Made by a program: the position numbers and the translations under genes. DNA of 64,000 bases from Klebsormidium nitens. Its lineage: Eukaryota > Plantae > Klebsormidiophyceae. Numbering within the stretch: the first letter of the stretch is position 1; the number at the start of each line of letters is the position of its first letter. Under the pieces are notes generated by a model. The model made no database searches, was not told the origin of the DNA, and was given only the letters and a program-made list of their open reading frames with translations. Shown here piece after piece: positions 36,004 through 47,400 of the stretch. The stretch lies in contig DF237107.1 of the NCBI GenBank assembly GCA_000708835.1, positions 101,479-165,478 on the forward strand. Direction: 5' to 3'.

Positions 36004-36865
36004 GATGGTCATGAGTTTTGGATGCGGGCTTCCGCTGGAAAGCGGCCGGGTTGTATTGTACGGTTTCAAAAGCATTGCATATGCGCGCATGCGTTGACAG
36101 CTAGGTAGTCGCCCAATTTTTTGTCCTCGTAGCTCGGGACCGGACTAGTTTTTTCCAACAAGAGAACGCGAGCTCCAGCGCCATTGTTAGTCATTGTCGA
36201 AGAGAACATGCAGTACTGATTGCGGTTGTTGTACACTCGAAGAGGTTAAGTTGAGAGAAAACGCTCGTAGATACGATGTAAGTGGCATGACGGGCACAAA
36301 CAGCACGGACAGGAAGCAACGACAATCATTCCCAAGCTTTGTTTGTTTGCAGCTAGCTATTGAGGTTTGAGCCGGAAAGTCTGGCTGAGTCGGAAGCAGC
36401 TAGTGTAAGGATCGCGAGCAATAGGTGAACGCGCGCGATAGATTGTAGCCAAGGACTTGACACTGGTCCAGTAGCTCCATTTTTTTAATCGCATGTGTGA
36501 AAACTTGAAGCAAGGAAATGAAACGTTTTGCGGACAGGTATATCACGGATTGGAGGGTCCTGCATATCCGCATCATTGGCTCGAAAGCTGTCCGGATGGA
36601 CTGATTTCACAAATCTAAAATGTTTTTTAAAATTCATTACGTCAATGTCGATATCGGACGGGTACCGAGCCGTCATCCCACGTCCCAGGCTGATTATCTT
36701 ACTAATCCTAAGTGTCACTGCTTGTACTTTCGAGTCTGTCCCACTGCAGTTGCAGCGCAAGCCTCAACCACCTTCTACTACCTACTAGTACGTACTTGTA
36801 GTTAGCATCTGGTGCTGATCTGAGAGGCATCGTCCGATCCAGTAAGTGAAACCCACGGTACTGAT

Positions 36866-37560
36866 GGGATAGTATCAATCCAGGCCGGCCTGGATCCAGG
36901 CCCGCAATCTCCGGATGGTCCGGGCCGTCGATAACACGGTCCTACCGAGTTCCGACAGCCTCAGGCTAAAAGTCTCAGCCTCACAACCCTGCCCCGGTTC
37001 CCGGGACTGGCCCGCAATCTCCCAGTGGAGGCCGTACTACCGGTACTATTGATTTCTCTGGTATTTGTGTAACTGTGTTTATTAAGCTATACCTGTAACT
37101 GTCACTGTTAAACAATAATGTTACCTGGAACTGTAACATTTACTGTAACTGTGCCGTAACTGTAACTGTAACTGTAACTGTAACTGAATGATGAAATTAA
37201 AACCCAACTGAGAGCGCAGTGGAAATTGTGACTGTACAATTTACATGTGAATCAGGTTTAGGTAACTGTACCTGTACAGTAATTTTGACGTGAATTTGAC
37301 GTAGATTTGAAATGTTAACCGGGTAGAACGTGGCTAGCAGTGCTAGACCATAGGTTATTGAACTTGTTAGCTGAGACCTGAGTACCCGGTAGAACTGCCG
37401 GCCAGTCCCGGGAACCAGGGCAACTTCGGCTGAAAATATTAGCCTGAAAGTTGTCGGGACTTGGAGGGTCTGGCAGGACCGTGTTATCGACGGCCTGGAT
37501 TATCCGGAGATTGCGGGCCTGGAATCCTGGATCCAGGCCGGCCTGGATTGATACTATTCC
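36866..37560. mobile_element. Non-autonomous foldback/MITE-like DNA transposon, ~695 bp, with ~180-bp TIRs and a direct-repeat target site
   Basis: Left end GGGATAGTATCAATCCAGGCCGGCCTGGATCCAGG... matches the reverse complement of the right end (GGAATAGTATCAATCCAGGCCGGCCTGGATCCAGG...) over 36866..~37047 and 37381..37560, with indels. Flanked by CTGAT at 36861..36865 and 37561..37565 (or TGAT if the ends are GGG/CCC). No ORF. Confidence 0.85.
37156..37185 (+). repeat. (GTAACT)5 microsatellite with degenerate units through the MITE core
   Basis: Five perfect GTAACT units; 8 TGTAA pentamers counted on the + strand between ~37067 and 37186. Confidence 0.9.
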
Positions 37561-38328
37561 CTGATTGCCGCGCTGCCGGCCCTTTAGTCGCACTCATATA
37601 AACCCATATGGTCCCGCATTTACTCCATCCGTTCCTGTGACAGCGTGAAGTAAGTACGGCCGAGCGGACTTGTCGCCGTCACGACAAATGTCGCATCATC
37701 GTGGTGTCGTCGATATTCACAGTAATAGCTCTTCTTTCCAGCCGCAATCTGGCAGCTGGGCTGCGCATAGCTTATATGTATGTGTAGCGGGAGGCCCTGC
37801 AGTACCCCGGTGGCCGGGCATGCATGGATGGGCCTAGTGGGGCTCTGGAGCAGTGGAGTCTGTAGAATGTGCCCCTGCGTGGGGCGACCTGAGGCTGAAC
37901 GGTGATCTGCTAAACGTTAGTTACGTGACCCAACACTCCAAAACCTGTGTTCCCAACTGCTTATCAATAAGACCCCATCTTGCATCGCGTTGTTAAATCA
38001 GCATTTGCTGCTCAATCCGTCAGGAAGTCTCTCAGAAGCAGGCACATGCAGCAGAAAAGTAAAGTCACCTGCAGGTGGGTCGGAAACTTTACTTCAGTTG
38101 CTTATCCGATCCCTTTCGTATGCGAGCTGGTGCACAGAATTGCACAGAAAGAAGACTTGCATTCCAACTTTCACAAGGTGAAGAACTGCCAGGCTTCAAA
38201 TCAGCATTCAGGAATTACCGTACGGTAGCGCTCTTTTCTCTTAGCACGTTGTTTGATACAAGGAGCTAGCTGCTTTCGGGCGCCACCAGATACTGTCGCA
38301 CACCCGTTGCACATAGCTCAAAGTCACA

Positions 38329-41300
38329 ATGGCGAGGCATTCTGTTCAACAGTCACGGGTCGGGGGCTTGCTACTTCCTGCCCTAGTCGCGGCCTTGTTC
38401 TTTGCTGGTCCAGGTGAGGGACGTAGGTCTTTTGTTAGACCCGGTGCTGTCTACCTTGTTCTTGGTTGCGAGTCCTGCCTATTTCTATTCGACTCCAAGT
38501 ACCTGACTCAGGAAGCTGAAGTGAACAAGAGCTACACTGTACCGAGCTGGTGGCGAGGCTAGCTGAAGTGGTTGATCAAGGGGCTACCTGCAGACTGTAC
38601 AAGTTTGGAGGTCTTGTGGATTCCACATTATCTGTGCCCAGAATAGAAATGTTGTACTTCGTATTGCCCAAAGTGAAGTCATGCAGCTGCGCATCTTGTT
38701 TGGAATCCAGACCATTGCAGGCGACCATTGTTGCCTCACAAGAGAAGACCAGTTTGTTGAGACTGTGCCTGGTCAGAAGTTCGCAAAAGCAGATGCCAAC
38801 GACAGAAGGTCAGCGCTTCTTCTCTGTGGCATAAGCACCCACTTTGAAGGGCAGTCTCAAAGAACTCTAACATTATAAAGTGCTTGTGCCCAGAAGAAAA
38901 CATCTGCTGACCTCAGCGGATGGTGAGCTAAGCTACCTGTTTGCAACTCCGTTTTCACAGTCTTGGGAGCTGAAGAACTTGCTTTCAACCACACGCTCGG
39001 AGGCGTCGACTGGCCTTACATCCCTGGACTCAACGCCTCCCTGTGCGGCACTGGCACGGTAAGCAGAAACGCTTCTGTCTCCTAAGTTGCTCGAGAAGAG
39101 ATAAGGCAGATCAACCGGGAAGAGAGCACCACAACTAGACGTCAAGCAAGGCTTGACTGACGGGTTTGCAATCTGGGATGTTGAGTAAGATGACATGGCC
39201 CGTCGCTGTGAAGGAGTCTGCTCCACACATTTGCAAAGAGCCGTTGTCTGCCGCTTTCGTGTTACGGGCGATTGTCTTCAAGATTGGTATTTTCTGTACT
39301 CAGGAAAACAACGGGTTTTCCTGGTGATCTGGAATCAAGTAAACCTGCTACCTTGCAGTGCAGAAGGTTGTAGCGACCCTGAAATAGCCTGCACTCTCTG
39401 CCTGTAGAAGGGGGGTAGTACCTCTGGGGACTAGTTTGTTTTTCTGGTAAATGGCATGTAAGATGCTCTTTCAGATTCCTTGGCATCGTAAAACTACTCG
39501 TGATAACAATAATAACACTAATTGTTTGCTGGGCCAGTCAAAGCGTCTCCGTCTATCTACGAGTGGGATGCCCCTAACTTGAAGCACGTGTTGAAACGCT
39601 TTTCCGGCGTTTAAGACAGTCCGAGCTGCCAGAGGATCATGTACCTCCCCCCTTGAGAAGCTGGCACCGATGTTACACCGATCTAGCAACTTTTTACAGC
39701 ATAGAAAGAGTTTTTCTTCTCTTCGACATTCTGGAGCATCTTCAGCCCACATCGTCGTATCTCCTTTGCAATCCTTTTGTCCTACTTACGACATTGTTGC
39801 TTATGCTCACATTGACTGCTGCAGATGCAATCGCCGCTGAACATCATTCCGGGCAACACGACGACCGCCTCGACTTTGACTGCCCTGAACCTCTCATATG
39901 CGACGAACGTGAGCCTTCTCAACGTCACAAACGAGGGAGATGTCGTGGAGGTAAGCCACATGGTCCGAGTCTAGTTTCACATTTCTATAACCACTGTGCC
40001 TCCGACAAAAGTTGTCAAACGCAGCTGCTGTCGCGTGTAGGACGATTTTAGCGATTGACGGCCTGACTGCTCTCGTGGGCGTTCTGAGCGAAGTCTTCCG
40101 CCATAATCTGCACGGTGTCGATCCGCTCCATAGACGAGTCTTCCGCAGATTGGGCACGAACCCGCACTTACTTGCCGGTAGGCACATAATCCGATAGTCC
40201 CCGCTCGTTTGGGCAGGTTGTACTTCTCAAGCTATGTGCGATCTTGACCAGAATTTTAGAACTCGGGCCTGTTCCTAACCATTTCTGCCCTGCTGGAGAA
40301 TGCCTCGTACCTACTTGGAATCCATCCCCTGGCTCAAGTCTGCCATGAATGCATCTCTTTCTGCGTCGTTTGGCAGTCTGTTCGGAAAGAGATATTCATT
40401 GCTTAGTCCAATGATTGACTTCCGGCTCTCTGAATCGCAGCTGGTGATCAGCAGTGGCAACAACAGCGTCAAGTTGCCGCCCAGCATTTACAGCACGACC
40501 AACGGGTCCGGCCTCGTCTTGCAACAGTTCCACTTTCACACGCCAAGGTGAAAATTTTGATGCGTTCATTCCTCTGGCCGCTTAGGCTTTTCAAAGGACG
40601 CACCGCAAATTGGTCACTCATTGAGCGGGGAACCGAACACCTCATCTGGGTTGAAACACAAATATATGATCTTGCCACAACATTGCAGGTATTATTGCCC
40701 AAGCACGGCAACGGAAACTTCGCTTGTCTGTCCGATATACCGTTCATCGGACGAATGATGCGAAAGCAAGTCTTAAATGAGCGAAAGCAGCGAGATGATC
40801 CGACGCCGACCCTGTTCGTCGGCGCTCTCGTTTCGTTGCCGTGTTGCACCGTTACCCGCGTTGGATATCACTTAGATTAGACAAAGACGACGGAATCAGT
40901 GAGGCGACATGCCACCGTCACGATCCAGCAAGCCGATTACGACTCTTTCTTCGTGCACAGGGCGGACTGTGCATGCAATGAATCGTGCAAGCGGCCAATC
41001 CCCTTCTTTCCGTTCTCTTCCGGTGACTCCGGCGGGTTCGGACGCTTTCGCACCTCTCACCACCCTTCGCGATGATTCGCAGTTTTCCAAAGCCTGCAAT
41101 CGGAAGGCTTGCTTTGTAGGGGCAGGTCTCACCCTAAGTTGTTGCTTCCGTTTGCAGCGAGCACATGTTTGACGGCATCTTCTACGCCGCCGAGATGCAC
41201 TTCGTGCACAAGGACAGCGTCACGGGACAGCAGGCGGTGGTGGCCGTTCTGCTGAAACTGGACCCCACGGACACGCGCAATCCGGACCTCGACAAGTTTC

Positions 41301-43249
41301 TGCCCTTCACTCCCAACAACTACACCGGGGTACAGCAGGTGGGTCTCTTATCACGCTTTGTTGGAAGCCTTACGAGGATAAACAACATGTGGGCGATTCT
41401 GCAGATTCGCAGTTTTGACAATTCATGTCCGGTTGTCTCCAATCTGTTACAATCGTGGAGTTCAAAACTTGGAAGGATCTAATACTTCTTAGCTTCTGCC
41501 CGGCACTCCCAACAACCACACCGCGGTGAGTCTCTCTCATCACGCTTTGTTGGAAGCCTTACGAGGATAAACAACATGCGGGCGGGTTTGCAGAGTTGTC
41601 CGTTTGACAAGTCATGTCCGGCTGTCTTTCGTTAAGGAAGCTTCTGCTCTGATGTGGTGATCGTGAATCCCAAAAGGGCATGCGTCAGCTTTGCGCCGCT
41701 GATGACGTGAGCATCGAGAGATGTGCGGTGCTTTCGGATAGCGTCTGGCCTTCGGAGTGCACCAGGCAGCAGGCAACACCTCCAGCTGTTTGCGAGATAA
41801 TCGCGCAAGCCACGTGGGTCAGAAGTTTCCTTGGAAACGGACACGTGGCACACGTCCTTGTTCCCACAGGCGCCTGCGAGTTGCATCATTTCCTAGCCGG
41901 AAGACGGATGTCTTTCAAGGGATTTGAAAAAACAAAGCTTTTTGTATCTCCATCTTCTGCGTGCTCACTTTGAACAATCTATCAGCTTAACCTCTATCCG
42001 TGCAGACTACTTCAAGCAACGTGGCGAAACGGGTTAAGACATTAAATCAACATGCGAGGCCTTGCGAGAAACGTCACGGTGGCTAAACGGGAAGCACCTA
42101 ACCTGGGTTAAGAATTTAATCCTCGTCCGAGCAGGCTCCCGCTAACAGCACGCTGAACCTGACCAACCTGTTCCCGAGCAACTCCAGCTACTGGTATTAC
42201 AACGGCAGCCTGACCACCCCCCCGTGCACGCAGAACGTGCTCTGGTTAATCTTCCAGAACCCCCTAACCTTCTCAGTTAGCCAGCTCCTCACGGTCAGTG
42301 CCGACTCACTCAAACGACTAATTATTTCCTCTACTTCACACGTGCTTCAGTCTTGATCAATCTTGTTCACAAACTCGCAAAGGTTTCGAATCTTCTTATG
42401 TGCCCAGCTTGTGGTGGTGGTTAAAGTTCCACCAGCACTCGTTTTGTGAGCCTCCAATCACGTGCGCTAGTGCCCTCGATATACCTACGTCTCGAAGCTT
42501 CTGCTAGCCTGTGTCTCACTTGGCCGGCTCGCGCGTTTGACCCTCCTCAAGTGTTGTTGTCGTCTCATCTCTGCCAGTTTCCCCGGTTTGCCTGCGCTTA
42601 TGTACATGCTTTCGTACCTTTTTCGGGTTAACATCTTCCGAGCAGCTACGTTTTTGGGCTTGTCAACCCTTGCAGGTTTCTGTCGGCCCTTCGATACCTT
42701 CGAGTCCAAGTTATCTATCCTTGTACATCTTCCGTTTCGATTGCTTGTAACGACACGCTTTCTCTGAAACGGGCCATTAGCCAAAGTTGTGTGTTGTTGA
42801 TTGGAAGCTGGCGTTTGTGTCATACTCTTAGGAGCTTAGCTGATAACTCAGCAAAGGGCTCCAGTTGATGATATAAACCAAGCGCATTTGCAAGTGTGTC
42901 CTGCTGGGATCACTATGCTCGCTTGAACTGCGGGGTTTCATAAGCTTCTCAATCATTAACCCCACACGCATGCTGAAATTTCAGGACATGATGTCGACTT
43001 CCAATCTTTCGCTTCCTACTTTTGTTCGCTTTTATCTTTCGTGGCATGCTAGGTATATCAGAAATTATAGCATATTGATTTCTTCAAAGGTCGTGCCATA
43101 TCAAAGGTCGAAGGAGTTGTTACAATGTTGACACCTGTGATGCCGGACTGCAGTTGGAAGTTGCCAATGCTGGCGGAGATGGGGCTCGCGCCGACAACCG
43201 CCTCGTTCAGCTTTTGAACTCCCGCACGGTGTCGGTGTTCCGGGGTTGA
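38329..43249 (+). CDS. Secreted alpha-carbonic anhydrase; join(38329..38413,38961..39058,39825..39950,40441..40547,41158..41338,42135..42293,43154..43249), ~283 aa
   Basis: Signal peptide, QSPLNI, zinc ligands QFHFH and EMH, SEH, YYNGSLTTPPC, terminal NRLVQLLNSRTV (NxRxxQxLNxRxV-like). The disulfide Cys pair is present. Confidence 0.92.
41493..41630 (+). repeat. Recent tandem duplicate of the CA exon 5 3' end plus downstream intron, containing a candidate 33-nt in-frame exon (41493..41525)
   Basis: cttcttag|CTT CTG CCC GGC ACT CCC AAC AAC CAC ACC GCG|gtgagt versus exon 5 end TTT CTG CCC TTC ACT CCC AAC AAC TAC ACC GGG. A 40-nt identical intronic block atcacgctttgttggaagccttacgaggataaacaacatg lies at 41350 and 41539. 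Confidence 0.9.
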
Positions 43250-44496
43250 GCGGCTTTGAGAATAAAGTTCGTCATTTCGAGCAAGGAGGCACGTCAAGTA
43301 CTGTAGGCAACCTGTGATAGGGTCTGATGCGCCATAAGTGGTTGTTTCGAATGGATCTGGTCATCTCCGCGGTCTAAAGTGCAAGGGCAGTGTCAAAGGT
43401 TCGGACGACATGTTGGCAACACTAGGCGAGCTGCATAAGCATTTGGTAGAAAGAAGTAGGTCTTGTTGTAGCTCGCTGCGCCTCTAGACTTCTAATTTGC
43501 TGTCAACTTGCACGGATGTGAGGTACAGATGGTTCTGCGTCATTTTGCAGTCCAGCACGACTGTCGCAGATTATTTGGGAGTCTGTTACTGTTGTAACGG
43601 GTCAAACTGGTGTAGGGTTATGAAACATAGTAGGGTCTGACAAGTAGTAGTTGAGCCACATTGTTTGATCAGCGCGCCTGCATTAATGTAGCATTGCTTG
43701 CGGATAAGTATCTATGAAGTCAATCGGATTTTGGGAAATTTTGGCATTGGCATTGCATTCGTAGTAACCTATAACCTAGTCTTTGTTCAGTGATCCGCTG
43801 AAGTCAATCGCTCAGATCGAGCTTTGGGTTCCATGCATGCGAATTTCTCAATTTACATAGGTCGACTCCGTCCTAGTGCATGTATGAAATGATTTTGGTT
43901 TGAGCGTCATCGTAAACGGCAAAACCGGTCGGATGATATATGATTCCGATATGCGCATGATATAATGATCACGTTCGAAATCAACATAGCCTATACTCCA
44001 TACACTAGCTGGTTAAATTTGCGGTGCGTATCCTTGGGTAGATTTGGTTCATATATAGTATTGGTAGGAATTTTAATCACAAAAAAGAGGATACGTTTCA
44101 TATGATGCTGTGTGTAAGTTTGAATCTTCTAATTTATACATTGAATGCATGTAGGTGATACGTCTTTGTCGAATTATAGTAGCCCTGTAATTAATTAGCT
44201 GGCAGGATGGTCTGGCCTTCAACATGAAGCGTTAAAGCTTATGGCAACATGTTGGATAGAAGTGCCGGGTCATATACATTGTCATATACTTGAGCGATTG
44301 TGTCACATTGGTACCAAAGTCTCAGCTACTCAGCCATGTGACCATCTTTCAAAGTGCACGTGTCAAGCCCAAAGACAACGGGAAAATTCATACAACAGCC
44401 CCGGACCATTAATCACCAATTCTTTGTCTTGACGGTCCCACAATAAGCTTGAATTTGAAGGAATGATGATGGGAACGCGGTCCAAAACAATATCGA

Positions 44497-47400
44497 TCAG
44501 GCGACCTCTATTGACTGTGTTTCTTGGATGTCCAGCTTGGGGGTCAGATCAATAAACTCGTTCGACTTGTTGGCTAGATGCGCAATGCTGACGCGACCCT
44601 TCTCTTTGACATACTCGGCGACCTTTGCCATTTCCTCTGGGGATATGAAGATGAACTTCCCCCGCTCATCCATGACCCCCGTAATTCGCCCTGTAAACGG
44701 CCGCACATAAACGGACTCAATAGCCAAGACCACGTAAGATAGGGCCGGGAACCTTAGATAAGCCCTGCCATCATCGGAAATCCAGAAGCACCTAAATTCG
44801 TTTCAAGAGCGCTGGCAAGAATGATTACCAGGCCTGGCTTTATCTTGACGATCTTTTTGAAAGACTCCAATTGTGTGATAAACACCGGCTTGCCGACTTG
44901 TTGCATCTGATTGGTCGAACTAGATGCACTTCTTTTTGCCGCGCCCAGGCGCACTTACCCGAACATCCGAATCGGTTGGACGGACTTCATCTGGGAAAAC
45001 ATTCGAAAGCAGGGCGAAGGCCGAACTGACGGATACTTAGGAGCGTTGAGCTTACCCATCTCCTCCAAAGATATCACCCGACTGACAACGTCCTGCACAA
45101 TAAGGGATTGCAATCAGCCAACGATTCACCAAACAATAACGTGGAAACTGAGGAGAAGTCCGATATGTCTGATCGTCATGGACATTGCCTTTTCTTGTCG
45201 AATAAATGTCACAGCAGGTCTCGTAGAGCGAAACTCTAGAGCAGCCAGACGGAAGTGGGCACACCTCGGGAGACATAGTTACACGTGTCCAGGCTTGTCA
45301 ACAAAAGTGCACACCGTCACAACCCCAGTCGGGTCCTGCACCACCGCATCAGGGCAATCAAGACCCCGCAGGAGTCATTATCGCAGTTGCACAGATCGAC
45401 ACTGACGTCCTGAAAAGAAAAACCCGAGGGCAGAAAAGGCTCCAGTTCCGGCAGAGCTGACATTCCATGTCCCGAGGCCCTAGATTGCTTGCTTGCTTGG
45501 GGCAGGTTCTAGTCTTGGGAACGCATTGGCCGAACAGCAAAACTACTTCTCCGGTGATCCGTTAACGTGGTCATATTGGAGCATCTCATGGTTCGCAAAA
45601 CTCTCTATTCCTTTCCTCAGAAGAACAAAACCTGCTGCCTAAGAAAGAACAGACAGAGATAGTCCACGAAGCTCAGACTTTCTCAATCAGCTTCGAGCGG
45701 ACACAGACACTGCTGCCAAGCTTGGGCTTGAAACCGCGGGTTGAAGGTTCTGTGAGATGTTCTGAGGGTATTCTAGGCAGCGAGACGACGATCTTTGACT
45801 CCTGACTTGGGCCGCCGCAGTTCCGACCGACGAGTCCTCACCTGCGTCCGTAAGCCGAATTCGGATGCCAACTCCTCCAGCACGACAGTCTTGTGTTTCT
45901 GCACCGCAAGAAGGGCGTGAGTATAAGCTAGGATCCGAAGGAAAGGTTCATATATGACAAATTCACAAATGGAAGAAATATTGCCCTTCTTCGGGCAAAA
46001 TGAGATTCGGCCCAGCTTCACGAGTTCGTAAGGCCTCTGAATGCTCCAACGGGCCGGACATCGACCACAACTTTCTTCCTTTCCAAATCTGCAGGCCGTT
46101 TCCCAACCAGAAATCTTCGGGGGCCCAAAACGGACCCAACCGCTCACAATTGTCATTTTCGCCACAGTATGGACTGTACTCAGCAAGATTGACGCTCAGG
46201 GAATAACTGTACCAGCACATAAATTTCCTAGCTTGTTCAACAGACTGCTAAGCGGTCCTTGGCTTGGCTCTCCTTCCTGCCTCTGAGTGCCCCAAAAAAA
46301 AATTGAACACACAACTGCAACCCCTCGCCCTCACCTTCACATACGTTTAAACTCCTCCAGCTGTCCCTGCTGGTCTGGTCCCAAGTCTCAGGAACTCTAC
46401 AACAAAACTTCGACTTTATCTCCTCCACCCCCCAGAATTCGGAGAAAATATGGTTTCCTCGACCCCTACCTTGATGTACTCGACGAACTCCCCGAGCAGT
46501 CCCTGGCTCTCCTCCTGCGCGTCCTGCTCCACCGTCCCTTCCGCCTCCATGCTGATCGCGCCCCGCCACTTGTCATACTCCGCCTCTGCAGCCTCCTCTT
46601 CCGCCCGCTTCTTCGCCGCCACTTCGTCGTCCTGCACGCCACAAAAGCGGGATGGAGTAACATGAATATCATATATCATTTCATTATCAACGTTACAGAG
46701 CCTCCTGATGGTGGCAACAGTCGCGCGAACCGTTCGCCTCTTCCGATTCCTGCAGCTTTTTCTGCTGCTGCTGTTCTCTGCTTGCCAGAGAGGTCAGGAG
46801 AAAAGTACTTCAGAGCAGCCGGGTCAAAGAGTTGTAGGATCTGGGACTGTTGTCGCCTTTGCGTCGTGCCTGGATCCCTGACGAGGAGAGATTTCAACAT
46901 ACACATGATCGACTAATATACATAACGACCAGAACATTGTCACGCCACTAAGAGCCAGTCTCCGGTACGTTCGAGCAGCCTGGACGACCTCAAATCTCAC
47001 AGTCTTTTGTCTGCACGCAAATGTGTCAGTCTCGAAATCTGGAACTCGAAAGTTCGGGATTGCTTGTCTTGCATGTCTCCACTTAAGTGGTTTGGAACTC
47101 CAGATTTCGAGACTTTCTCCGTGCGCCTAAGGTGTGCCGAGCTATCAAACAGGAAGCCGTTGTGGGACATCTTGAGTGGCAGAAAAATGGTTCTAAGATT
47201 GCCAGTTGTCCTCGTACCAGCTTTTTCTCCTGGGCTTCCCTCTCCTCGTCCTTCTTCCTGCGGGCCTCGGCTTGCTTCTCCTGCTTATCCCGCTTGTGGT
47301 CTATTGCACCCTGCTGCGCCTGCATAAGGATGATGGCTTCGATATACAACAATGTTGCAAGCACCTGTTAGGACGGAACCTGGACAAAAGACAGATGGTG

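Noticed and set aside
44640-44690. DERGK instead of DDRGK in DDRGK1
   Set aside because: A conservative substitution in an otherwise canonical protein.
45390-45412. Minus-strand ttttcag|GACGTCAGT resembling the start of DDRGK1 exon 7
   Set aside because: Only about 10 matching nt; not convincing.
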